DNA of 64,000 bases from Tateyamaria sp. (lineage in GTDB: Bacteria; Pseudomonadota; Alphaproteobacteria; Rhodobacterales; Rhodobacteraceae): positions 16,610 through 80,609 of the forward strand of contig JAQWVA010000120.1 in the NCBI GenBank assembly GCA_029250205.1. Direction: 5' to 3'. Position 1 is the stretch's first letter; every line of letters starts with the position of its first letter. The translations under genes and the position numbers were made by a program. Below are positions 21,219-30,415 of the stretch, in pieces. Below the pieces are notes generated by a model that saw nothing but the letters and a program-made list of their open reading frames with translations, was not told the origin of the DNA and made no database searches.

Positions 21219-21523
21219 CGACGCCAACGCCATCACCCCTATTCTTGCAGAGGCGCAGCTATCGGCAGCGACGAATGATGGATGCCCTGCGATTGTTGCC
21301 AATCATGGGCGGATTGTTGTGGTCGATGCCACTGTTCTGGCCGGCGGTGTCGAGCCGAACATACGGTCCGGAACCTGTGAGCATGTCTACTTCAATCATG
21401 TATGTGTTTGGTGTTTGGTGCTTGCTTATTGTGGCATCGATCGCACTGCGCGCGGCTTTGAAGCCTACTTGGATGCAACAAGTGACGGACCCTGATCAGG
21501 TGGGAACGGACGAGGTCGGCTGA
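21215..21523 (+). CDS. Small two-TM membrane protein
   Basis: Overlaps the genes on both sides (translational coupling); two hydrophobic segments; basic N-terminus. Confidence 0.75.
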   Translation: MTTPTPSPLFLQRRSYRQRRMMDALRLLPIMGGLLWSMPLFWPAVSSRTYGPEPVSMSTSIMYVFGVWCLLIVASIALRAALKPTWMQQVTDPDQVGTDEVG

Positions 21524-24204
21524 TGGCGTCCGTTAATCAACTGATCGCTGTCAGTCTTGTATATGTCGCGTTTCTTTTCGCCGTTGCGTTTTTCGCCGAA
21601 CGTGCGGCAGTTCGCGGGCGGCGCGGTTGGCTGGGATCACCGCTGGTCTATACACTGTCACTGTCAATCTATTGCACGGCATGGACGTTTTACGGCGCCG
21701 TGGGATACGCGGCCAGATCGGGCATGGAGTTTGTTACCATCTACCTTGGTCCAAGCTTGGTCATGGTCGGTTGGTGGTGGGTCTTGCGCAAACTGGTGCG
21801 AATCGGCCGCGCTCAGGGGGCCACGTCGGTGGCTGACCTAATTTCTGCGCGCTATGGCAAATCTAACGCGCTGGCCATTTTGGTAACGCTGATGGCGGTT
21901 ATCGGAATGACGCCTTACATTGCGCTTCAATTGCAATCGGTGACTCTTTCGCTGTCTGTTTTTGCCCAGCCTAGCGACGCTGGACGTTTCGGCCAGGACA
22001 GCCCGGCATTCTGGGTGGCGGTGGGGTTGGCAATTTTTGCGGTGCTTTTTGGCACGCGCAACCTCAATGCCAATGAACGCCATAATGGTGTGGTGATCGC
22101 CATCGCGGTCGAGGCAGTTGTCAAGTTGGTCGCACTGATGGCCGTTGGGGTGTTTGTTGTTTGGGGCATTGCCGGAGGTATCGGGCCCATGATGGAGCGT
22201 ATCGACACTTCGCCCATCGGAGAATGGAGCGTTGATGGTCATCGCTGGGTTGCTCTTACGGCTTTGTCTGCTGCGGCGTTTTTGTGTTTGCCGCGCATGT
22301 TTCAGGTGCTTGTGGTCGAAAATCAAGACGAGCGGCACCTGCAGATCGCAAGCTGGGCTTTTCCACTTTATCTAATGTTGATGAGTCTGTTCGTGGTGCC
22401 CATTGCTGTTGTTGGGCTTGATTTGATGCCAGAGGGGACCAACCCCGACACCTTTGTGCTGACGTTGCCACTGTCCGAGGGTCGCGTGGGGCTTGCAACA
22501 CTAAGTTTTTTGGGTGGTTTTTCGTCGGCAACTTCGATGGTGATCGTTACGACACTGGCGCTTGCCACGATGGTGTCAAACCACGTTGTGATGCCTGTTT
22601 GGCTGACAACGCAGGGTGACGGGGCTACGGTGTCTGGTGATGTGCGCAACGTGGTGATCCTGGCCCGGCGAACATCAATCATGATCATCATCCTTCTGGG
22701 CTACCTCTATTATAGGTTTTCAGGAGGTGGTGCGGCCTTGGCCTCGATCGGTCTTATTTCGTTTGTGGGTGTGGCTCAATTTCTGCCTGCGATGCTGGGC
22801 GGTATATTCTGGCGCGGGGCGACCCGTAACGGTGCGCTTGGTGGCCTTATTGTTGGTTTTGCAGTTTGGATCCACTGCTCATTATTGCCCAGTTTTGGCC
22901 CCGGTGCTGTATACAGTCTGGAGATGTTCCAAGACGGGCCGATGGGGATCGCTGCGCTGCGACCGCACGCGCTCTTTGGAATCGCGGGGCTAGATTCGAC
23001 CGTTCACGCCGTGATGTGGTCGCTGGCTCTCAACACGGGCGCATTCATAGCGCTGTCTCTGCTGACGTTCCCTGGGCCTTTGGAACGGTTGCAAGGGGCG
23101 CAATTCGTCAATGTGTTCGACCACTCTTCGAACATAAGGGGATGGGATGCTGCGCTCGCTACGTCCGAAGATCTGATGATCATGGCACAGCGCATTTTGG
23201 GTGCGCAGGAAGCGCAAAGGGTGTTTCGCATTGAGGCTGAAAAACAAGGATTAAAAGGGCACTTGCCTGAACCAACACAAAGCTTTTTACAGCATCTGGA
23301 ACGGGAACTGGCAGCGTCGGTCGGATCGGCGACAGCACATGCGATGATCAGTCAATTGGTGGGCGGTGCGTCGGTGTCGGTTGAGGATCTGATGGCGGTG
23401 GCAGACGAATCTGCACAGATTATGGAATACTCGATCCGACTTGAGGCAAAATCCTCCGAACTCAGCCGAACTGCGCGTCAGTTGCGAGAAGCGAATGACA
23501 AGTTAACAGCCCTTTCGGTTCAAAAAGATGCATTTCTCAGTCAAATCAGTCATGAGTTGCGCACACCAATGACTTCGATCCGGTCATTTACGGAAATCCT
23601 GAGGGACACAGAAGGATTGGGACAGTTTGAAAAAACGAAATACGCGTCGATCATCCATGGTGAAACGATCAGACTGACACGTCTGCTTGATGATTTACTT
23701 GACCTCAGCGTTCTGGAGAATGGACAGGTCAGCCTAAATTGTGAAAAGGGCAATCTAAATGATGTTCTGGAAAAGGCAGTGCTGACGGCCCAGGTTGGTG
23801 CCAACCGATCCTTAACCGTCAGGAGGCGGCGTCTGGAAAAAACTGTGTTGCTCAACACGGATCTGGATCGGCTTAACCAAGTTTTTATCAACCTCATTAC
23901 CAATGCCCAGAAATACTGTGAGGCCGAGGATCCGGTGTTGACCATCGAATTGCAACGCAGTGGGGACAATCTGTCTGTTGTATTTGGTGACAATGGCATG
24001 CCGATCCCGGAAACGTCGCGGGCTGTAATCTTTGAGAAATTTGCCCGTGTACAGGACAATGAAGGCTCTGGTGCGGGTCTCGGCTTGGCTATTTGCCGAG
24101 AGATCATGACACGACTGGGAGGCGACATCTGGTATGAGCCGCGTGTCGGGGGCAATGCATTTGTGGTACGTTTACCGCAGATTGAGGCACTTGCCGCGCA
24201 ATAA
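21523..24204 (+). CDS. SLC5 (Na+/solute symporter)-fused sensor histidine kinase, CrbS/CbrA-like
   Basis: About 500 aa of multi-TM symporter (SIYCTAWTFYGAVG, PYIALQL), a STAC-like linker (ERELAASVGSATA), H-box SHELRTP and G2 GAGLGL. Confidence 0.88.
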   Translation: MASVNQLIAVSLVYVAFLFAVAFFAERAAVRGRRGWLGSPLVYTLSLSIYCTAWTFYGAVGYAARSGMEFVTIYLGPSLVMVGWWWVLRKLVRIGRAQGATSVADLISARYGKSNALAILVTLMAVIGMTPYIALQLQSVTLSLSVFAQPSDAGRFGQDSPAFWVAVGLAIFAVLFGTRNLNANERHNGVVIAIAVEAVVKLVALMAVGVFVVWGIAGGIGPMMERIDTSPIGEWSVDGHRWVALTALSAAAFLCLPRMFQVLVVENQDERHLQIASWAFPLYLMLMSLFVVPIAVVGLDLMPEGTNPDTFVLTLPLSEGRVGLATLSFLGGFSSATSMVIVTTLALATMVSNHVVMPVWLTTQGDGATVSGDVRNVVILARRTSIMIIILLGYLYYRFSGGGAALASIGLISFVGVAQFLPAMLGGIFWRGATRNGALGGLIVGFAVWIHCSLLPSFGPGAVYSLEMFQDGPMGIAALRPHALFGIAGLDSTVHAVMWSLALNTGAFIALSLLTFPGPLERLQGAQFVNVFDHSSNIRGWDAALATSEDLMIMAQRILGAQEAQRVFRIEAEKQGLKGHLPEPTQSFLQHLERELAASVGSATAHAMISQLVGGASVSVEDLMAVADESAQIMEYSIRLEAKSSELSRTARQLREANDKLTALSVQKDAFLSQISHELRTPMTSIRSFTEILRDTEGLGQFEKTKYASIIHGETIRLTRLLDDLLDLSVLENGQVSLNCEKGNLNDVLEKAVLTAQVGANRSLTVRRRRLEKTVLLNTDLDRLNQVFINLITNAQKYCEAEDPVLTIELQRSGDNLSVVFGDNGMPIPETSRAVIFEKFARVQDNEGSGAGLGLAICREIMTRLGGDIWYEPRVGGNAFVVRLPQIEALAAQ

Positions 24205-24299
24205 AGCGATAAAAATGAATAGGGTAAATAAAGTGATTGGTAACCAATTCCAGCTAATCCTGAATACTTATTAACAAGACCATGCGGTCGACAGAGGAT

Positions 24300-25568
24300 A
24301 TGGGCCAAACTAAGTCACAATCAGTTCTGGGGCGTATTGCAACGGCAGGGCGCGAGGATCATCAGGCGCGCGCCATGACCTTGCAAAAAGCTGTGCGCGT
24401 GACAATGGCCAAGGTTGCAGATGCGCTTATGGATTTGCCGCTGTCCGTGATTGGCGTTGTGATGCAAAGCGTGGCGGGTGATGCGCTGGCCGAAATGCTG
24501 GCCGAAGATGCGTTGCTGGTGCTTCTTGACGGCCCGCGCATGGCGCAGGGTGCTGTCATTGTCGATCCTGTGCTGGTGGGTGGTCTTATTCAGCAACAAA
24601 CCATTGGTTCAGTGCGCCCCGACGCGGGCCAGACACGCGCAATGACACGGACCGATGCCGCTATTTGTGCGCCACTTCTGGATTCGCTCTTCGAAAAAGT
24701 CGCTGATCTTGTGGAAACTGACGAAGACACTGAATTGGTGACTGGCTTTCGCTTTGGTGCCAAGGCCGAAGATGCGCGCGCATTGAGTATCGCATTGGAC
24801 GCGGACGACTACACTATTTTGCGGATGACGCTCGATATGGCTCGTGGGACCCGGCAGGGTGAGATGATGGTGATCTTGCCGAAACCCGATCCAATGGCTC
24901 AGATCATAGATTCTGACGAGTCAACAGATGGCAGTGCGACTAGCCCTGCTAATCTGACCAATGCGGTGATGGGTGTAAATGCCGATCTGAAGATGGTGTT
25001 ATGCCGCTTGAACCTGACGCTTGGAGAGGTCCAGGCGTGGAAGCCCGGCGTGGTTCTTCAAATGCCTGCGGGGCAGTTTCCAAATGTACAAATGACCACA
25101 GTTACCGGCCATATTATAGGTCAGGGCACTGTTGGCCATTTGGACGGAGCACGCGCAGTAAAACCGAAGCGCCAACCGCTTCATGCGACTCAACCACTGC
25201 GTCGCGAGACGGATGAGGACCTTGTCGATATGCCGGATATAAAGGGCATCGGAGGCGACTTTAACCCTGAAAATACCGGAGGGTCAGAACGCGTACAACT
25301 TGATGCATCAATGGGTGGCCCTGTCGATAATCTTCCACAACTTGATGACTTGCCTGATCTTTCTGCCGAATCGAACGGTGTACAGGCGATACCAGACATT
25401 GACCTGCCTGCTTTGGACGACTTGCCCGACCTTGCAGATATGCCCGAGCTTGGCGATTTGTCTGCTTCGGAGGGTGAGCTGCCGCCCCTGCCTGACCTTC
25501 CTGAGCTGGATGATTTACCGGACCTTGCGGATTTTCCTGAACTCGCTCGAATGCAGGCTGCAGACTAA
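24300..25568 (+). CDS. fliM: Orphan FliM-like flagellar switch protein with an acidic repeat tail
   Basis: FliM-middle-like segment (LDGP...RAMTRTDAA), SpoA-like segment (LTLGEVQAWKPGVVLQM...GHLDGARAV), then LPxLDDLPDL repeats. Confidence 0.65.
   Translation: MGQTKSQSVLGRIATAGREDHQARAMTLQKAVRVTMAKVADALMDLPLSVIGVVMQSVAGDALAEMLAEDALLVLLDGPRMAQGAVIVDPVLVGGLIQQQTIGSVRPDAGQTRAMTRTDAAICAPLLDSLFEKVADLVETDEDTELVTGFRFGAKAEDARALSIALDADDYTILRMTLDMARGTRQGEMMVILPKPDPMAQIIDSDESTDGSATSPANLTNAVMGVNADLKMVLCRLNLTLGEVQAWKPGVVLQMPAGQFPNVQMTTVTGHIIGQGTVGHLDGARAVKPKRQPLHATQPLRRETDEDLVDMPDIKGIGGDFNPENTGGSERVQLDASMGGPVDNLPQLDDLPDLSAESNGVQAIPDIDLPALDDLPDLADMPELGDLSASEGELPPLPDLPELDDLPDLADFPELARMQAAD
25332..25544 (+). 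repeat. Degenerate coding repeats LP(Q/A/E)LDDLPDL
   Basis: At least three LPxLDDLPDL units plus partial units in the FliM-like C-tail. Confidence 0.75.
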
Positions 25569-25598
25569 GGGTGCATGATCGGGCGTAAAGTGTTGCCG

Positions 25599-26027
25599 CT
25601 AATCCGCGTTGGCAATCGCGTCGAGAGTGGCACGTAGATTGTCAAGGTTGTAGCCGCCAGTGCGGGCTGCAGCTAGGATATCATCGACGGGCATGGCACC
25701 GGCTTGGCCTAAGGCCCAAACTATAGTGGAGCGTGTTCCGGATGCGCAATATGCGAGCACAGGCCCAGTACTTCCCGCCACGTGATCTGCATGTAAGCGT
25801 ATATTTTGGGGCGTCAGAGTTTGGTGCGTCAGCGGTAATCGTACAAAGGCGAGGCCCGCTAATTTGGCTGCAGCCTCCATGATATCCGCCTGAAGGGAGG
25901 GCGGTACTTCCTCATCTGGACGGTTGTTGATGATGGTTGTGAAACCAGCAGCGACAAGGTCTTCCATGTCTGCGGGCTCAATTTGAGGGGCGACACTATA
26001 GCTGGGCGTGATTGTTCTGATATCCAT
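25599..26027 (-). CDS. TIGR01244/DUF442 sulfur transferase (Blh-like, phosphatase fold)
   Basis: IINNRPDEE and active-site AYCASGTRS. Confidence 0.88.
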   Translation of the reverse strand: MDIRTITPSYSVAPQIEPADMEDLVAAGFTTIINNRPDEEVPPSLQADIMEAAAKLAGLAFVRLPLTHQTLTPQNIRLHADHVAGSTGPVLAYCASGTRSTIVWALGQAGAMPVDDILAAARTGGYNLDNLRATLDAIANAD

Positions 26028-26180
26028 GAGTGCAAGGAGTAAGCCGGGTTCATCGCAGTGTCCAGCAGCGCATCAAGTTCGGTGCTCTTAAAGCGAACTG
26101 CCCAAGTCTTTCCCTAGAAAAACCAGCAAAATCGTCTGACATGAATTTCAGGTGTTGAGCGACGCAGAATTGTGCCAAAT

Positions 26181-26423
26181 CTATTTCAGAAAAATACCAA
26201 CAATTACAAACATCAGCCCGATAACAGAGAGAAACAGTGCGCCAAGATTGCGGGGCAATACCCGTTGTAGGACGGCACGCATAGCGGCATCGTCCAGCTT
26301 TGCTTTTCGTGCGCGAAAAACCGTTACCACACACCAGCCAAGACCAAACAGGCCAAGGACTGACAGCGATGCCCCGCCCCAGATCATGCCGTTAAGCAGA
26401 ACGTTCGATGTGCTTTGTTCCAT
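26181..26423 (-). CDS. Small two-TM hypothetical membrane protein
   Basis: Two hydrophobic helices flank RARKAKLDD; the start is uncertain (26423 or 26387). Confidence 0.65.
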   Translation of the reverse strand: MEQSTSNVLLNGMIWGGASLSVLGLFGLGWCVVTVFRARKAKLDDAAMRAVLQRVLPRNLGALFLSVIGLMFVIVGIFLK

Positions 26424-26542
26424 GCGGCTCAGGTATCGCAGCGTGACACCCATGGCAAGCGGATGCAATCCTGACTTCTCCTCTTGCAGCAATCCCGACA
26501 CGGGGCTATCCAGCAAGTCCATTTATCGCTCAGGAGACCCCA

Positions 26543-26806
26543 ATGTCAGATACCGCGACCAATGCCGAAAGCTACCGGGTCACAGCCGACGAACTGCGCC
26601 AGTTCATTGAACGCTACGAGCGACTGGAAATGGAAAAAAAAGATATCGCCGATCAGCAAAAAGAGGTGATGGCGGAGGCCAAGGGGCGTGGCTATGACAC
26701 GCGGGTCATACGTAAGGTCATTGCACTGCGCAAACGTGACAAAGACGATATCGCCGAAGAAGAGGCTGTACTTGAAATGTACAAAGAAGCGTTGGGCATG
26801 GGCTAA
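26543..26806 (+). CDS. gapR: GapR/DUF2312 nucleoid-associated protein
   Basis: ELRQFIERYERLEMEKKDIADQQKEVMAEAKGRGYDT...YKEALGM. Confidence 0.9.
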   Translation: MSDTATNAESYRVTADELRQFIERYERLEMEKKDIADQQKEVMAEAKGRGYDTRVIRKVIALRKRDKDDIAEEEAVLEMYKEALGMG

Positions 26807-27053
26807 GACAGACCGTATGCTAGCAACAGTATAATTTTACATGCTGGGTCGACCGGTATGAATAACTGTCTCTCTTGTACCGCTGGCTTGGCAGTGACAG
26901 ATGGTCACGCGATTTGGTCACACCAATGTTCTCGAAATGCGTTTCGGAAGCTCAAAGTGTCAATTATTTCCTAAACATGGGCGTTAAAAGACCATGATTA
27001 ATTAAATTGTTTTGAAGCGCAGTGTCCGGCGCGCAAAGCCCATCGCCTAGCTC

Positions 27054-27929
27054 TTAGGGCGTAACAAATGTGACGCCTGACATGCCGGCAATTGCCGCAA
27101 TGTCTTGCTCATAAATACTGGTCATGTTGTCAATTATCGCTTCGCTCCATCCGGGAGCATTCAGTTCTTCTTCGATTTCTGCTTCGATTGCATATTTGTC
27201 CAGAAACACACTAATCACCTTGCGCTTTTGCATCTCTGGCATGTTTGGGTGGGATGCGATGTAGCTTTCGAAGCGTTGCATCCCTTCTTTGCTCATGATT
27301 TTGGACAAAAGGTCAAAACCACCAATTATCTTTTCTTCACGCTCAAAGCCGGCCATCTCACGGATGATCCGAGCCCACAGTATCGGCATATCCTCAAAGC
27401 ACCAGGTCGTAATCGATATGGTGGGGGCCGCAGCGCGAAGCGCGGTGAATGTGTCGGACCAGCGAATAGTAAAAGGATCTGCACCGCGCAGAAATTCTGG
27501 CATGTTCTCCTGCGGCGAGTCATTAAAGAGCGCGGGCAGGAATGTTGCCGGGTTGCGGATTGCCAGAAACAGCTCAATATCGTCATGAGCGAACAAAGTC
27601 GCAATCTTTTCGACGCGCTCAGGCGCCATCGCGTAGATCAATCCACCTCGCACGCAAGCGCGGGGTGGGCCGAACAGAAACATATGAGACAAGATAACCC
27701 GATCTGCGTCTTCTTCTTCTAGGATCATGTCCAAAAGAACTTCGCCAGCATCTGGAGCTGCCGGGTGATCCTGCATCGCTATCAGAGTTTTGCGTAGCAA
27801 TGTTCGGTATTTGCTGGGTCCGGGTATCGTCACGCCACTACGAGCGAAACGTTCCTTGTTGCGCAGCAGGCAACGGAAAAGCCGATCGCTCTCAGTAAAA
27901 TGTGCGCCTGCATGAAGAACCAGTTGCAT
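27054..27929 (-). CDS. Conserved hypothetical protein, possibly sulfotransferase-like fold
   Basis: 291-aa ORF; N-terminal LVLHAGAHFTES resembles the LHIGxHKT motif; ELFLAIRNPATFL. Confidence 0.7.
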   Translation of the reverse strand: MQLVLHAGAHFTESDRLFRCLLRNKERFARSGVTIPGPSKYRTLLRKTLIAMQDHPAAPDAGEVLLDMILEEEDADRVILSHMFLFGPPRACVRGGLIYAMAPERVEKIATLFAHDDIELFLAIRNPATFLPALFNDSPQENMPEFLRGADPFTIRWSDTFTALRAAAPTISITTWCFEDMPILWARIIREMAGFEREEKIIGGFDLLSKIMSKEGMQRFESYIASHPNMPEMQKRKVISVFLDKYAIEAEIEEELNAPGWSEAIIDNMTSIYEQDIAAIAGMSGVTFVTP

Positions 27930-28180
27930 AATGACTTGCGTGCCTATCGTCCGATTTGTGTTTGGTCGAAGCATAGCCCATTTGAAATGGCTGAGCAGCC
28001 CGGTTTGCGTTGTAGTATTTATAGATAACCGTGTGTAGCAGCCTCAGGACTGCAGATCAGTTCTAATGTACCGCTTCCGCGCGTCACATGGACTGTTGCA
28101 GGGGCTTTTCAAGACGGACATTTTTTCAAGTATCCTTATCCAGCAAGTAGCCCACGCTAAAAAGGTTACTTGTGGCGGTA

Positions 28181-29662
28181 TTATTCTGCTGCCTTTATTT
28201 CGAAACCCTTTTGAATCATGTCAGCAGGCTCGACCGGATATTCGCCGCTAAAGCATGCGTCGCAGTATTGTGGTTGGTTGGGGTTTCTGCCCTCTGCTTC
28301 GCCCACGGCCCGATATAGACCATCAAGAGAGATGAACTTGAGGCTGTCGACACCCAGATGTTCAGTCATTTCTTCTTCTGACATGGTGGCGGCGAGTAAT
28401 TTTTCGCGTTGCGGAGTGTCTACGCCGTAAAAGCACGGCCAAGCTGTGGGAGGGGACGCGATGCGGAAGTGCACTTCGGCAGCACCCGCATCGAGTATCA
28501 TTTCCTTGATTTTGCGGCTGGTGGTGCCGCGCACCACAGAATCGTCCACAAGGATCACCCGCTTGCCTCGAATTAGGGCGCGGTTGACGTTCAGCTTAAG
28601 GCGCACCCCCATGTTTCGGATGCTTTCGGTAGGCTCGATGAATGTGCGCCCAACATATTGGTTGCGGATGATACCCATGGCATAGGGAATGCCGGATTCC
28701 AAAGAAAAACCTATGGCTGCGGGTGTGCCACTGTCAGGAACTGGGCAAACAAGATCTGCCTCAACGGGTGATTCCTTGGCCAGCTCGCGGCCAATGTTTT
28801 CGCGTGTCTCGTACACGCTTCTGCCGCCAAGAATGCTGTCAGGGCGGCTGAAGTAGACGTGCTCAAATATGCAAAAGCGTGACTTTTTTGGACGAAATGG
28901 AAAGCGGCTTTCGATGCCTTTGTCGGTGATCACAACCATCTCTCCGGGTTCGATCTCACGCACAAATTCTGCGCCAATGATGTCGAGCGCGCAGGTCTCT
29001 GAGCTCAGCACGTGGCCCCCGGGCAGACGACCCAGCATCAGGGGGCGCACCCCCAAAGGATCGCGCACGCCAATCAGCTTGGTGCGCGTCATGGCAACCA
29101 CGGAAAACGCCCCTTCGACCCGGCGCAATGCGTCCTCCATGCGTTCGGGGATATTGCGTTGCAGCGAACGCGCCATCAAATGGATGATACATTCGCTGTC
29201 TGACGAGCTCTGAAAAATCGAGCCGCGTTCGATCAATTCACGACGCAGAGCTTCGGCGTTGGTTATATTGCCGTTATGTGCGATCGCAGCACCGCCCATC
29301 GCGAATTCACCAAAGAACGGTTGCACATCGCGAATCGCGGTTTGCCCTTTGGAACCTGAAGTCGAGTACCGCACATGGCCGATGGCCAGTGGCCCAGGCA
29401 GCGTTTCCATAATGGACTGCGACGTAAAGTTGTCACGGACATAGCCAAATCGTCGGGCCGAATTAAATCCATGGGCCGCGTCGTACGACACGATACCACC
29501 GGCTTCTTGGCCACGATGTTGAAGGGCGTGCAATCCAAGTGCCACAAAGTTGGCCGCGTCCATGGTACCAAGGACACCAAAAACCCCACACTCTTCCTTA
29601 AGCTTGTCGCCATCTTCGATACCGCGCAAGGCATCAAAGTCAAAAGGGTGCGCGGGTGGCAT
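28181..29662 (-). CDS. purF: Amidophosphoribosyltransferase
   Basis: KLKEECGVFG, LQHRGQEAGGI, LVDDSVVRGTT, YCDACF. Confidence 0.97.
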   Translation of the reverse strand: MPPAHPFDFDALRGIEDGDKLKEECGVFGVLGTMDAANFVALGLHALQHRGQEAGGIVSYDAAHGFNSARRFGYVRDNFTSQSIMETLPGPLAIGHVRYSTSGSKGQTAIRDVQPFFGEFAMGGAAIAHNGNITNAEALRRELIERGSIFQSSSDSECIIHLMARSLQRNIPERMEDALRRVEGAFSVVAMTRTKLIGVRDPLGVRPLMLGRLPGGHVLSSETCALDIIGAEFVREIEPGEMVVITDKGIESRFPFRPKKSRFCIFEHVYFSRPDSILGGRSVYETRENIGRELAKESPVEADLVCPVPDSGTPAAIGFSLESGIPYAMGIIRNQYVGRTFIEPTESIRNMGVRLKLNVNRALIRGKRVILVDDSVVRGTTSRKIKEMILDAGAAEVHFRIASPPTAWPCFYGVDTPQREKLLAATMSEEEMTEHLGVDSLKFISLDGLYRAVGEAEGRNPNQPQYCDACFSGEYPVEPADMIQKGFEIKAAE

Positions 29663-29829
29663 ACGCGCGTCGGAAGTGTCGGACAATGGGCAGCTCCGAA
29701 TCCGGTTAATTTGAAAGTCGTTTAACAACTGCACGCGAGACTGTCACGAACCTATCACAAATCATCTGCGTTTGTTCATTTCGTGTGACGCCAAAGCCGG
29801 GTTGGTAAGATCGAATTGGCTGACAGCGA

Positions 29830-30384
29830 TTACTGTCCGCAGTTGCCGACAAGGCTCTCGTATTGCCTTGTGATCCACCCCAAGGCTTGCTCAGGGTTTT
29901 GTTCTTCGATCTGAGTGGTGAAGCGACCAAACACAGCGGCAGAGCGGCTTTCATCCACCATGGTGAATTCTTCGCCTGTTATTACAGTATCATAGACAAA
30001 GAATGCGATTGCCACCAACAGAATGCCGCGCAGGACCCCAAAAAGAAAACCCAGCCCCTGATCAATGCCGCTGACGCGTGAGCGTTGTATCAGAGAGGAT
30101 AAAAGCGGTGTGAAAAGCGAGACAATTATAAGCGCGATTGCAAAGACAATGGCAAAAGCCCCAATTATGCTTAATTCACAACTATCCGAAATGAACGTGC
30201 CTACAACTGGAATTTCGCCAACGAGTGGTTCGACCTGCGGAGCAAAAAGAAAACCCAGCACAGCAGCAGCGACCCAGCCGGCAATGGCTGTTGTTTCGCG
30301 CACAATGCCTCGACTATAAGCAAGCAACGCCGAGAGAATGATAACAGCGGCTACAATGCCATCAATGATAGTGAACCCGTCCAT
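29830..30384 (-). CDS. cvpA: Colicin V production protein CvpA
   Basis: IIDGIV...AYSRG, IDQGLGFLFGVLRG; lies immediately upstream of purF. Confidence 0.9.
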   Translation of the reverse strand: MDGFTIIDGIVAAVIILSALLAYSRGIVRETTAIAGWVAAAVLGFLFAPQVEPLVGEIPVVGTFISDSCELSIIGAFAIVFAIALIIVSLFTPLLSSLIQRSRVSGIDQGLGFLFGVLRGILLVAIAFFVYDTVITGEEFTMVDESRSAAVFGRFTTQIEEQNPEQALGWITRQYESLVGNCGQ

Positions 30385-30415
30385 GGTCCTGCCCTTTGTT
30401 CTGTTTGCGCGGCAC

